A DNA stretch of 64,000 bases, from the NCBI GenBank assembly GCA_009103225.1, contig RHPI01001965.1, positions 201,114-265,113 of the forward strand. The letters are read 5' to 3'. Positions 12,410 through 24,330 of this stretch are shown piece after piece. Position 1 is the stretch's first letter. Every line of letters starts with the position of its first letter. The position numbers and the translations under genes were made by a program. The notes beneath the pieces are model-generated. The model had not been told where the DNA came from and did no database searches. It worked only from the letters and a program-made list of their open reading frames with translations. Source of the stretch: Chlorokybus atmophyticus (lineage: Eukaryota > Plantae > Mesostigma and Chlorokybus algae).

Positions 12410-14040
12410 CTTACAGGAACCTGGTGAAGAGTATCACAAGAAGCGCTGTGTCAAAGGGGAATGCAGTCGGTGTGGCTAGGACAAGCTTTTTATAAACTCT
12501 ACAGATTTGCGAGACATCACTACGCAACTATGTGCGTTCCTAAACGAAAAGCAAAAGCAGAGAGGGCGCGCTGCTGGTGGTTCTGTCAAGGAGTACGAAC
12601 GCGTGGATTGTACCAAGCAGTCGCCTTCGTATTTGGCACTTCGCGTGCAATACTGATCTATGCTGGAGGACTTTTGCCGGCATGCGTTTCGGGGTTCGTG
12701 GCAAACTTCTCGACAACCACAATGCTTACAGATGTTCAATTGCGGCCATTGCTATGAATAAAGACTTTTCAAAAAACCACACCATTTGCACTTTCAATCC
12801 GCACATGTAGTGATTCATGTCATGATAATGCATTGGTATGCGCAGATTGGGATCGATGGCATCGAGCCTACAGATGAGGAGCCTGTACGCATAAAAGAGG
12901 TAAAGTAGCATGTGTTACATTGATACACCTATTATAGCTGACTTGCCCACTGACCAGGTTTGACTCAGCCATAGTTCATGCTGGTGCACTTCTTCATAAC
13001 GAATAATACTAGCAAAAACAGCTTCATGTGCATCATTGCATCAGAAGACTCCTGAGGTGGTATCGGCGCAAAGACATTGATGTACACAACATTGTCAATT
13101 GAATTGCTTACCGCAGCGTACAATTCAAGTGCGCAGACGAAATTTAACAGATAGCAAAGTTTGGAGTGCCTGTTCCCACGACCTCTGCATCGACTGTTGA
13201 ATGCGAAGACGACCCTGCGGATCATTATCACATTAAAGCTTGAGTGGCATTATCCTTACCCTCCGCACGGTAAAAGAGAACACGATGGCCAGAGAGGAAC
13301 ATTAAAGCACCTTTTCGATTCGATAGTGCTGCAGGGAGAACAGATAATGAATGCTGAGTCCGCAACGCATTACGCAATTGAGCACTTGAGCCGAGAAGCT
13401 GTATCCACGTATGTATCTCAAGAAGGCGAGGTGTGTGTGCAGAGCGCCTTTTCCACTTTCTGAACATTGCCAAGGTTGTGCATAAACTGAAGGGAAGCAA
13501 TTATTGGACAGTGCCAGGCACTATGAAGTTTCAAGCCGTGCGAGCAATGGGTAAAGATAACCGCTTCATGTCCCTTGCGCTTTCTTGCTTCTGTGCACCA
13601 TGTGTTGAGGAGCTGCATTTTAGCTGCGTCAACAAGGAGTGTGCGGGCAAGTGAAAGCAGTAGGTGCTCGTGGCCAGAGATGTAGAAAGTAAATATTTGT
13701 TTGCACATGTGCTGAAAATCATGTGAGACAGTGCTAAGCTTGCAAGTTAATGAATGAAGGTTCAGTATCCTGCATTGCTTGCTGTCTTTGCACCCTGGTA
13801 TATGAACATCATGAGAGACATTGCTGAGCTTGCAAGTTAATTACCATCCAGCATCTTGCACTGCGTGCCGATGCAAGCATGATATTGCAGTTCTATACTT
13901 TAAATGCTTGCTGTCTTGCAGACGCTAATGCTAGACGAAGAGACGCTGGCATTAACCTTTAACAAGGGGAATCCCTACGTTGTATCTTTAGACAGAAGCG
14001 CTGAAGATTACGACAAAGATGCGCACTTAAGGTCACATTA
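12410..14040 (+). pseudogene. Intron-containing, decayed Sola2-like DDE transposase (catalytic and C-terminal part)
   Basis: Broken frames give HKKRCVKGECSRCG, DFSKNHT (cf. DFAENY), HFFITNN (cf. ISDD), VHHC...VQFK (cf. SDGCxxQFK), HGKREHDG (cf. HGKGEHDG), GTMKFQAV, LSCFCAPC...C. GT-AG intron 12901-12957. The Sola2 label is from motif recall. Confidence 0.7.
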
Positions 14041-14819
14041 GAGCGGGAGTACAAGAGTAAACGTCTTACCCGCAGTAAGTCCAAGCTGAAGACATGGAAA
14101 GGTATAAGGGAGTCGATGCTTTACACATGGACGAGCTGCATGAGGCCATTTTAAGGTAATGTGAAGTAGATTAGCTAGGGTTATATAGTTACAATTTTGG
14201 CTAAGCATTGATTGTATACCAAGGTAATGCAAGTTGCTGTAGTAGGTGTGAAATCATGTTTTCAGTGTATAATGTGCTGCTGTGGATGTCGCTTCATATT
14301 AAAGTTGCAAATAGTGTAAATATCATCATGTCATCATGTCCTCAATGGTTATTATGAGTATTATGCATTTGAGACAAATCTCGTGCAAATTGCAATGACA
14401 GCTGTTATCAGCCTAGCCGAGGCCTGTTGGTACAACTCCGAAGCGCCCAAGCCCTTTGCAAAAAATGCCCCCCCGGATCTTGCTACACACCCTTAGCCTT
14501 CGCTATGGGCATATCAGTGCTGGTATCGATAGTGAACAAGTAATACAAGAGGCGGAAGTCCTCCATTAACCATCAGTAATTACGACACATCCGCTGAATA
14601 GTTAACTTTATACGTGCTTTCAATGGTTAACACCCTCAAACACATGGGTAAGTGCATGTTCTATTACTGCTAATGTGGTAGCATCCTCTCCTTTGGCCTA
14701 TAACCTTGGTCATGCGCCTTTCAGGTACAGGCTGCAGTACCTCTTAGGTTTAATGACAACAGAGTCACTGCACTTGCTTTGTTGGCAAGCAACATGCCAC
14801 CCACTGACACACGAAGAGC

Positions 14820-15142
14820 TGTTAAAGGTACTTTGCTAGGCGCCTTAGCTAAACTTCTACGATCATCTTCACCTTGAGAGTTACGGTCAACTGCCGTTAT
14901 GGGAGTTACAGTCCACTATGGTCAACGTTGACTTTGACCTTTGACTTTGACCATTGACTTTGACTTTGACCGTTGACTAGTGTTGATCAGTATTGACTTT
15001 GACTAGCGTTGACTAGTGTTGACTAGCACTCACTAGTGTACTATATAAGACACTGTATGTTGTGCAATACTGTAAGATCCACCTGCTCCATTGTCAGCGC
15101 CACACTTGTGCTTGTTGTTGTTGCTACTGTGCAATCTCAATA
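14820..15142 (+). repeat. 5' LTR of copia A1 (TGTT...AATA)
   Basis: About 13 substitutions and 1 indel versus the 3' LTR by eye (~96% identity); TATATAA at 15042. Confidence 0.97.
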
Positions 15143-15156
15143 GGTTATGGGCCCAC
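15143..15156 (+). promoter_or_regulatory. Primer-binding site complementary to the anticodon region of initiator tRNA-Met (half-tRNA priming)
   Basis: GGTTATGGGCCCAC directly after the LTR is the reverse complement of GUGGGCCCAUAACC in plant tRNAi-Met. Confidence 0.9.
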
Positions 15157-15233
15157 ACTAGCGCTAGCATAGCAAGTACAAGTTGGTGTAGCTTGGGGAG
15201 GCGCCGTCTTCATTGCAGGCTAGCAAAGGAAGC

Positions 15234-18200
15234 ATGGCGACCAGCTATGACAAGGTCAACATCGAGCCACTGGACCTCGACAAATTTGGGACATGGAGCA
15301 TCCGGATGCAGATGCTACTCATGCACAAGGATTTATGGTCGGTGGTGGATCCCACGGAGCGCCCTCTCGACTTGGAGGACGCACCCACAAAGAAAGAGTC
15401 CAATCTGGCACTTGCGTTGATAGGATTGAATGTGGTACAGCATTGCTTAGCGCTTGTTGCACGTTGTAAGTCTGCTAGAGAGTTGTGGCAGAAGTTCGTT
15501 GAGGTTTATAAGGCTAAGAACAATGCTAGGAAGTTGCAGTTGAGGAAGCAGTTGAATGCTTTGAGGAAGGATGTTGCTGAACCTGTCATCAAGTTCATCT
15601 CACGAGCCAGGCAGCTGTGGGACGACTTGCTTGCCATTGGACATGAAGTGAAGGAGGTGGAGGTGGTCTGGGTCATCCTTGCTGGCTTGCCCAAGGAGTT
15701 CGAGATGACTGTCACCATTATGGAGTCAACCAGTGATGAGCTCACCCTCGAGGCCATCACCCCACGCCTACTTCAAGTCGAGCAACGAGCATCCACTTCA
15801 CGCCAGGACGAGGCTGAAGCTGTGGCATTCGCGGCACAATTCAATCCACGCCCCAACAACAACAACGGTGGTGGGAAGAAGGAGACGCGTACGTGCCACT
15901 ATTGCGACAAGAAGGGACACCTGAAGAAGGACTGTCGAAAGTTGAAGCGCGATCAGCAACAGAAACAAGGTTCTGATAGACAAGCTGTAGCACTTGCTGC
16001 TAGCACCACTGCTATCGAGAGCGCTTGGTTGTTCGATTCTGCGTGCACACAGCATATGACCCCACACAAACATGAGTTCCAGGAATATCATGCTCTGAGC
16101 GATGCTGCTGGTGTGAAAGTGAGCTTTGGCAACAAGCTGCACTTGCAAGCTGTGGGAGTGGGCACCGTCATCCTACACACGGTGGTGGCGGGCGCTACAC
16201 ACGAAGTGGCCCTGAAGGAGGTGATCCACGTGCTAGGATTAGCTTCCAGCCTGTTCTCCGTTCGAAGAGCTACAAGCGCAGGCGCCAAAGTTGACTTCAC
16301 TGCTCAGAAGTGTCAAGTCAAGGTGAACAACATTGTTGTTGTGGAGGGCACATTGCGAGAGAGCTTGTACTGCATCACACTGGATCGGCAGCATGCGTTG
16401 TCTGCGACAGTCATTGCATTGGACACAGCTCATCTTAGGCACCGAAGACTTAGACATCTTGGATGGGACAACCTGGCAAGACTGGTGGTTGAGGACATGG
16501 TGGAAGGGATCAACATCGAAGCGGAGGACATCAAGGCAGTAAAAGGTGATCTATGCGAGACGTGCGTGCTGAGCAAGATGCCAAGGCAGCCTTTTCCTAC
16601 CTCTTCCCGCACCAGTACAACACCCTTGCAGCTCGTGCACATGGATGTGTGCGGTCCCATGCCAGTTGCGTCCACTGGAGGGAGTTGGTACGTTGCCACT
16701 TTTATAGATGACTTCAGCAAGCTGTCTGCTATCATTCCAGTTGCTGCGAAGTCGGATGTTGCTGATGTAGTCAAGAGGAGACTCACTCAGCTGGCTACAC
16801 AAGCAAAAACAAAGGTGCTGACGTTGAGAAGTGATCGAGGCTCTGAGTACCTCAACCACACCTTGAAGAGCTACCTGGATAAGCACGGCATCAAGCATGA
16901 GACTACTGCACCCTACACCCCTGAGCAAAACGGTGCTGCAGAGCGTCTCAACCGCACGCTTGTGGAGCGCGTGCGTGCCATGCTTACAGATACAAAGCTG
17001 GACAAAGCTTTGTGGGCTGAGGCGTTCGTCACGGCCAATTACATCCGCAACAGGTCACCTACAAGCAACAAAGCCAAGACCCCGTGGGAGTTGTTCTACG
17101 GTGCGAAGCCTGATGTGACGCACATGCGTGTGTTTGGAGCCAAGGCGTATGCACACATCTCCAAGCAGCTGAGAAGGAAGCTTGAGAACGTGAGGGAGAT
17201 GGGTGTCTTTGTCGGGTACGAGCCAAACTCCAAGGCATACAGGATCTTGCTTGAGGACAGCAAGAAGATTGTGGTTCGAAGGGATGTTGTCTTCAACGAG
17301 AAGATGGTGGCGACTTCACCAACAACACATTTTACGCCTGTGAACAATGACCTTGCTGAGGAGCCAGAGGTCATCACCACACCACCTGCCATCGTGGAGG
17401 TTCCTAATGGTGCGCCACACCTTGAGGAGGACGAGATTGCACCTGTGGATGAGCAGGAGAGGCGCTACCCTGTGAGAAACAGAGCGCCACCTCAGTTCTA
17501 CCAAAGGTTCCAGGCCATGAGCGCTGAAACCACTGAGGAGAAGGAGCCGAGCACCTACCATGAGGCCAATACAGCTCCCGATGCTGAGTTGTGGCGCAAG
17601 GCCATGGATGAGGAGATTGCTTCGCTACACGCCAACAAGACTTAGGTACTTGAGCAGGTTCCACAAGGCGTCAAGCCTATACCTGTCAAGTGGGTGTACA
17701 AGATCAAGCGTGACGGCAAGGGCAACATCGAGCGCTACAAGGCGCGACTTGTGGCAAAGGGCTTCCTACAGAAGGAGGGCTTTGACTACAAGGAGGTGTT
17801 TGCGCCTGTCAGTAAGCACACAACCTTCAGGGCGCTGCTTGCAAAGGTTGCTGTAGAGGACTTGGAGCTGCACCACCTGGACGTGAAGACTGCTTTTCTC
17901 TATGGAGAGTTGGATGAGCAGATCTACGTGCAGCAGCCTCAAGGTTACGAGGAGGGAGGCTTAGGAAAGGCTTGCTTGCTACACAAGGCTCTTTATGGGC
18001 TTATGCAAGCGCCAAGAGTCTGGCACATTCGGCTCAGCAAGGAGCTAGAGAAGATGGGCGTTCAGCAGTCATCATCAGATCCCGGGCTCTTCATCAGTGA
18101 ATACGGCCAAGTGTGGTTGCTGGTGTACGTGAACGACATCATCTTGGCATCAAACGACACTGCAGCGATGTCACACATCAAAGTGACACTGCAATCTGCT

Positions 18201-19082
18201 TTTGAGATTCGAGATCTTGGCGATGCACGCTTGTTTTTCGGCATTGTCATCACCAGAGAGAGAGTTGCTTGGACAATCAAGATCACCCAGAAGCAGATGA
18301 TCCTGAATGTACTCAAGAAGTTCAAGTTGCAAGACGCCAAGGGCAAGGCAACACCACTAAGCGTGGGAGTACATTTACTCAAGGCACAGGACACTACCAC
18401 TGTGCTTGACAAGGCTACATATTCATACGGTGAGCTGGTTGGGAGCCTCATCTACTTGTCCATCAGCACGAGGCCCGACATCGCACAAGCCGTGGGAGTC
18501 TTGGCGAGACACATGTCAGCACCAACCATGGAGCACTGAAAGGCGGCAAAAGGAGTTCTTCGCTACCTTGGCAGCACCTTGGACGTGGGTATCACTTTGG
18601 GGAGGACAAAAGACATTACATTACAGGGTTATTCTGATGCGGACTATGCGGGGGACCTCGACACGAGGAGGTCTACCACAGGATACACTTTCCTGATGGG
18701 AGGAGGCGTCGTCAGCTGGAACAGCCGACTACAGCCCACTGTTGCTGCATCAACCACTGAGGCCGAGTACATGGCGGCTTCATCTGCGGTGCAAGAAGCA
18801 CTATGGCTTCGCAAGTTGGTCACTGACTTGGGACATGCACTGAGCCGGTTCACTATCATGTGTGACAACCAAGGAGCGCTCAAGTTGAGCATGCACCCTA
18901 TCACATCTCCCAGGTCGAAGCACATTGACATCATGCACCACCTGGTGAGAGAGAGAGTTGCACGAGGTGAGGTGGAGTTCAGGTACTGTAGCACGGAGGA
19001 CATGCTCGCGGACTACATGACCAAGCCACTACCATCAACCAAGTTCCAGACTTGTTGCCTGGAGCTCGGAGTTGAAGGCTAA
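15234..19082 (+). pseudogene. Copia A1 gag-pol, in one frame but with two premature stops
   Basis: Gag (EPLDLDKFGTWS), Zn knuckle CHYCDKKGHLKKDC, protease (WLFDSACTQHM), integrase (HMDVCGP, RSDRGSEY, PEQNGAAER), RT ([22 protein letters not shown]), RH (YSDADYAG, STTEAEY, CDNQGA, KHIDI). Stops at 17643-17645 and 18537-18539, both at Trp positions. Confidence 0.95.
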
Positions 19083-19099
19083 AGATGCTCGCGTGGGAG

Positions 19100-19423
19100 T
19101 GTTAAAGGTACTTTGCTAGGCGCCTTAGCTAAACTTCTACGAACATCTTCACCTTGGGAGTTACGGTCAACTGCCGTTATGGGAGTTACAGTCCATTATG
19201 GTCAACGTTAACTTTGACCTTTGACTTTGACCATTGACTTTGACTTTGACCATTGACTAGTGTTGATTAGTGTTGACTTTGACTAGCGTTGACTAGTGTT
19301 GACTAGCACTCACTAGTGTACTATATAAGACACTGTGTGTTGTGCAATACAGTAAGATCCACTCTACTCTATTGTCAGCGCCACACTTGTGCTTGTCGCT
19401 GTTGCTACTGTGCAATCTCAATA
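19100..19423 (+). repeat. 3' LTR of copia A1
   Basis: Direct repeat of 14820-15142, preceded by CTCGCGTGGGAG at the PPT position. Confidence 0.97.
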
Positions 19424-20827
19424 AGAGCACGCTTGCCATTGGACAGTCAGTTGAGCAACTGCGTGCCCACGTCCTTTTGCAAATAGCAAAGCCAGAGAAA
19501 CATTTTCTCCATGGCAGCAAGGATTAGATGATTATAGTGGTTGCCACCATTGCAAGCTCCTCCACGTGACGAGCTTGCATAGCATTTATATTCTAATCGG
19601 CGCATACAGCCAGGGAAGCCGGCACTTTCGTTGGGTTAAATAGTTTGTTGTTAGCCATGTCTGCTGCAACATAGACTAGTAGCGGAAGTGTAATGCACAG
19701 CACGAAGCATTGCCTATGTCACAAGACAAACCAGTGGGTGCAGTAACACAACGCATGCTCGTTAGCTATTCTATGCAATAGCAACACTATGCTATGCATA
19801 TCCCGAACTTGAACCAGGCGCCAATATCAAGTGTAAGGCTGACCACCCTGGGCTGAGCCTTTTGCAACATATTTGCTAACTAATCCGCAACTAAGCGCAC
19901 GGTTCATATATTGTCAAACATGTGACATCATATGCAACACAGCACCACTTTGCTATGGGATGAAACCAGCAGGGATTGGTCTCAAGTGCCTTCTCTTCAA
20001 GGCAGGCTCCCAAACACACACCCTTCAAAGAGTTTATCTACCAGGCTGCCTTTGAATATCGCTCCCAACACAGCACAAAGCCCACTTGGTCATAAAGCTT
20101 TGGGAAGGCCCCTTGTACAACTACTGCTCAGCGCCCCTCGCATAGGTTGGAAGCACGATTATGAGGAGCCCAACATTTGTGATTGTATGGACACTGCCAG
20201 CAACCTCCGTATATACCATGGTGCCGCAAAGTGTGCGTGAAAAATAATGTGGGACTGGCCGCTTTACGAAATTTCTACACATCTATTCAAAATATTTTGC
20301 AGTTTGATGGTTTACAATCAAATGGCATGGGCTAGCGCAATTTTAAAGTAAAACCAACTTTCTAACAGCTACGTTTTACAAAGATTTTGCGGCACTACGG
20401 TACTTATGTCTGCTGCCTTCCCACTCGGCCCTTATGCATCGGGTTGCATTATTACCCAACTAGCTAAGTGCTCCTTGCTTAGCATGGGCTGACTTCATTG
20501 ATATGCTCCGCCACCTTAAGCTGTACAACTACTAGTTGAGCACAGTGCCTGCTAGTTACAGCAGAGCACCCACTTGTGGATGATGATACCAACACGAGAT
20601 TATCTTTAATTGAGGCGACAGCGAATGTCACATCATGTCATGTGACAGCGCGTCATATGGCCCTAGATTGGCTTCTCACTGTTTTGGTACAATTCCTTGC
20701 CTAACGCTCTTTGGCTCAGAGGCACATCGCACTGCCACCCAGCATGAATTGTATTACATATAATGGGAGAGGCATCTGGAGTCTTATCGTCAAACTATGC
20801 TAATTATGAGTACAGCATTGCCTTGCA

Positions 20828-22870
20828 GGCGTGACCCAGCACGTGTGGCAGCAGTTTGGGTGCTCGAAGTCTTTCATTGCGACTGAAGGCTATGCGCGTA
20901 AGGCGTTACCTGAGTTACACACACTTATGGGGAGCCTGTGCTTGAGTGGTACGCGCTCTGCTTTATCCATCTATTGAACCATAAAGGACCCCAAGCATGC
21001 GCTCTATGTATATCGTATATAGCAAATATAAACTTGTGTGGTGGTGACTTGTGTTCATAAAGCGCGTAAAGTGCGCGCCCATGAACTTAAGAACTTGTTA
21101 TTGAGTTATGAGATTGTGGTGCCCCTAGTGCTCTAGGCATTATAGGCATAGGCATTCAGTAGTATGTGGAAAGTTGGCAAGTCACAATTATAGGATGTAA
21201 ATGACTGTAAAGTGTGTCACTCACTGTAGCAAATGGGGTTTTGTGTTATGTGGCAGTTCAAGACTGTCAACAACAGGGGTGTGCGAAATGGTGTTGATAA
21301 CACCTCGTCCAGCTGACAGATGAGGTTTTGGCGTGTGTGGCAGGACAAATGTGCGTGGTAAGTGTGTGTTAGTTTATGACAATGAGAACTACTTTTCTAC
21401 CGCATAAAATGCTGGCTGTGCATTGTGGAAGCTACGAACAGTTGAAAGCTTGTATTTATATTAGCCGTTGATGCAATACGTGCATTCTATCGGATGCAAT
21501 GAGTGGTTGGTAATGGCAGCAAGCGGGGGCGGGGGCGGGAAAGCGAAGGCGGCCCCACGCTTTGGCTCCGAAAGGCCTGGAACCAGCAATATTTGCAGGT
21601 CTGACAACGGCTGCGGCGGGGGCGGCGGCGGGGGCAGGGGGGCGTACACAGCACCTGCAAGGCCTCCGCCCCCTCCGTATCGCTCTAGCCCGACTTACTT
21701 GGGGCTGTTGGTCCCGTCCCCACTTAGCTGCAATAAGAAAGAGCCAAGGTGTGTGTCTGCGTGCATGTGCATACCTGCGTGTTTGCAGGTGTGCGTGTGC
21801 GCACACGGCTTGAGAGTTGTTGGGCTTTTGTGTATTGTTTGTGCGCGAGTGCGCACTGACGCGTGCAGGCTTTTTCACACACTCATACACACACACGTAT
21901 TGCATGTGACTAGCGCTATACACAAGTTGAGGTGGTGCCATTGCATTGCAGATCATGCAAAGGCGGCCGTAGCTTGCACGCTAAAATGAAACCAAGTTGT
22001 TGCAACGAGTGTACTTGTTGTTGGATATCCAGTTGAGCTTGTTTGGTAATCTAGCAGGTAAGCCTCAAGTTGTGCTCTTAATGCTAGGCGTAGCAGTATA
22101 TGTGTTGCGAGACCATTATGGTGTGATGCTAAGCTTGGTTGCACATACATACATGTTACTATGATGTCGAATATAATATAAAATATATTGATGGTTAGCA
22201 CAATTGCAAACTAGTTAGCCACAATGCGTATAGCTGTTATACACGGTTTGTACCAGCAATTTGCCAATTGCTGACATCATTCACCTAAGGCTATTATTGT
22301 GTAGTTGTTGAACAAGAATGTAGCCACCACCAACAGTTTAATGATTGTCATTGGTGCAGGTGTCTAACATCACTCACTCAATAAAACATATTGTGGCACT
22401 GATGTCGCATGACACGCAAAGGGTATGCAATATGACATCCCTGATGCAGCATAATTGTCAAATCCTGCAAGCCACAGTTATGAATGTATTTGGCTATTAA
22501 GCAAATGTCTTACTACTTTCCCAAATGAGGATTGAGTTGTAAGTCACAACCTCTTAATTTAGTCACTTGAAACCATGCCATGGCGGCGCTATCCTTAGCA
22601 CAAGTGCCGAGGGTGCTCTGCTATGCAAGTGTACAGGCTTTTCAGGCTTTAATCTCGGCATTGGCAGCAATGGCGCCGTTGATGAGCAAAAGACCGAAGA
22701 AGTTCGTGACTTTTGCACGTGAAGAAGCAGTAGCTGCTGTAATTGTAGCATAGTACGTTATGCAATCCTTATATATCAGCCGATATGTATGCACCTACAC
22801 ACTTGTGTTGTTATGCACTTGGGTGCTGGGCATAGCCACCGTGGTATCAACGCATGGCCACCCCTGAGTT
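20828..22870 (+). mobile_element. Decayed 3' end of a DIRS-order element, split by an unrelated ~1.3-kb segment
   Basis: YR C-terminus QQFGCSKSFIATEGYARKALPELHTL (20828-20960), repeat B1, and the first half of repeat A to ~21190. Repeat A resumes at ~22530, followed by the spacer. Confidence 0.75.
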
Positions 22871-23329
22871 TGAGACATGCGGTGAAGCCACCCTCTAACC
22901 AAAAACAGTAATTATGGACGCTTCACTCAATTGTTGGGAAGGTCATATCGCTCATATACACTTTTTAGGGCTGGTTTGGGGGATGCAGCAGCTGCGGAGG
23001 CTAGCTCGAGACCCATCCATAAAAGGCTTTGAACCATCAACAAACTCAGGCTCCATCTTAACCCAGCAACAGCCTCATTTGCTGTTGAGGTGAGCCGATT
23101 TTCGTTTGCAACATTTCCTCCTCGACCATACCCACACGCCTATCGCCACACGTGCTGCATGCATGTACAGCCAATTTTAGTTTAAAATAAAATGGGGCAG
23201 TTGGAGCGCATATAATAAGTGGATGAGCACAATCACCAGTTTTAAACAGCTTTTGTATCTTTTTGACCCTTCGCACCTTGTGTTGAAGCATGGTTGAACA
23301 CCCAAATGCATTGGTGTGGGACTTTGTGG

Positions 23330-24330
23330 TCAAACTATAAATGGTGGCCGTGCTGCTGAGGTTTGCGGGTGTGATACGGTATTTCAACTTGGCAAAAGTC
23401 GATGCGCAGCACATTATCTGTCAACCGGATCGCATAGATTTTGTCATTTCGCGCAGGTAACGGACCAACATGGTGTGGGCGCGACAGCGCACACAGCTGC
23501 TGTCGGGGGTGATTTGTGCCGTGTGATGCACACCAAGAAGTTGTTGTTTAGTTCGGGCTACAAGCAAGCCGGGCCTGGCATGTTGCTGCGCTCCATCAAG
23601 CGGGTGGGGGGAACGTGAATCATACGCGACACCGTTGTACCATTTGGCACCTTTCCCGGTTGGAAAAATGCAGCCAGTTAAGGCGACGGGGGAGGAACCC
23701 ACACGTGTTGGCACACACTCTGCCCGTTCGGGTGCTGCAACCCAAGCGAGCAGGCTGGTGTGCCCCGGCACGTGTGGCAGAATTTTGGACGTTGAAAATC
23801 TTCCACTGCGGCTGAGGGCTACGTGCGTGCGGTGTTGCATGAGTTGCACACACTCACGAGAAGCCTCGGCATAAATGGGACGTGCTCATACTGTTTTTAT
23901 CCATTTATCGACCCATAGCGACCCCCCAACATGAGCTGTGTGTCGCATATGATTGATGTGTGAGTTATATGAGTTTAGCAAGCGCATGAAATGCGCGCCT
24001 ATAAACTCAAAAACTCGTTAATGAGCTGCTATGACACTCTTATGCCCCTAGTGCCCTAGGCACTTTGGGGCACAAGCACTCATTAGAGTGAGTTGTGAGT
24101 CACAAGCTCCTCATTTAGTTGCTTGAAACTCTAGCAAAGCGGCGCCACCCTTGGCGCGGGTGGCGAGTGTGGTTTACACTGCGTGTGAACAGGCTTCTCA
24201 GGCTTCGACCTCTGCATTGGCAGCCATAGCACCATCACCAAGTTAAAAATCACAGAAGCGCATGACTTTCGCACCTGAAGTGAAGAAGCAGTAGTTCTCA
24301 ATAGTTGTAGCCTAGCACCCAAGTGCAGAT
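23330..24330 (+). mobile_element. DIRS-order 3' fragment: YR catalytic domain, B1, A2 and spacer
   Basis: FAGVIRY (catalytic R), TDQHGVG, THSARSGAAT (HxxR, 23716-23727), EGYVR (Tyr 23820-23822); B1 ~23905-23965; A2 23966-24173. Confidence 0.9.

Larger units (their letters stand above)
14820..19423 (+). mobile_element. Full-length Ty1/copia element, family A copy 1
   Basis: LTRs 14820-15142 and 19100-19423; perfect 5-bp TSD AGAGC (14815-14819 and 19424-19428); PBS; PPT; domain order gag-PR-IN-RT-RH. Confidence 0.98.

Noticed and set aside
14928-15024. Regular short repeats resembling a CRISPR-like array
   Set aside because: They are 6-7 bp LTR enhancer-type repeats with no unique spacers; eukaryotic context, no cas genes.
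19900-20260. Coding-like stretch with an HTLRH string
   Set aside because: No other recombinase motifs in frame; cannot be assigned.
21200-22530. GC-rich 173-aa ORF (21468-21989) inside the segment that splits a DIRS A repeat
   Set aside because: Gly/Pro low complexity running into intron-like TG repeats; no domain, termini or TSD identified.
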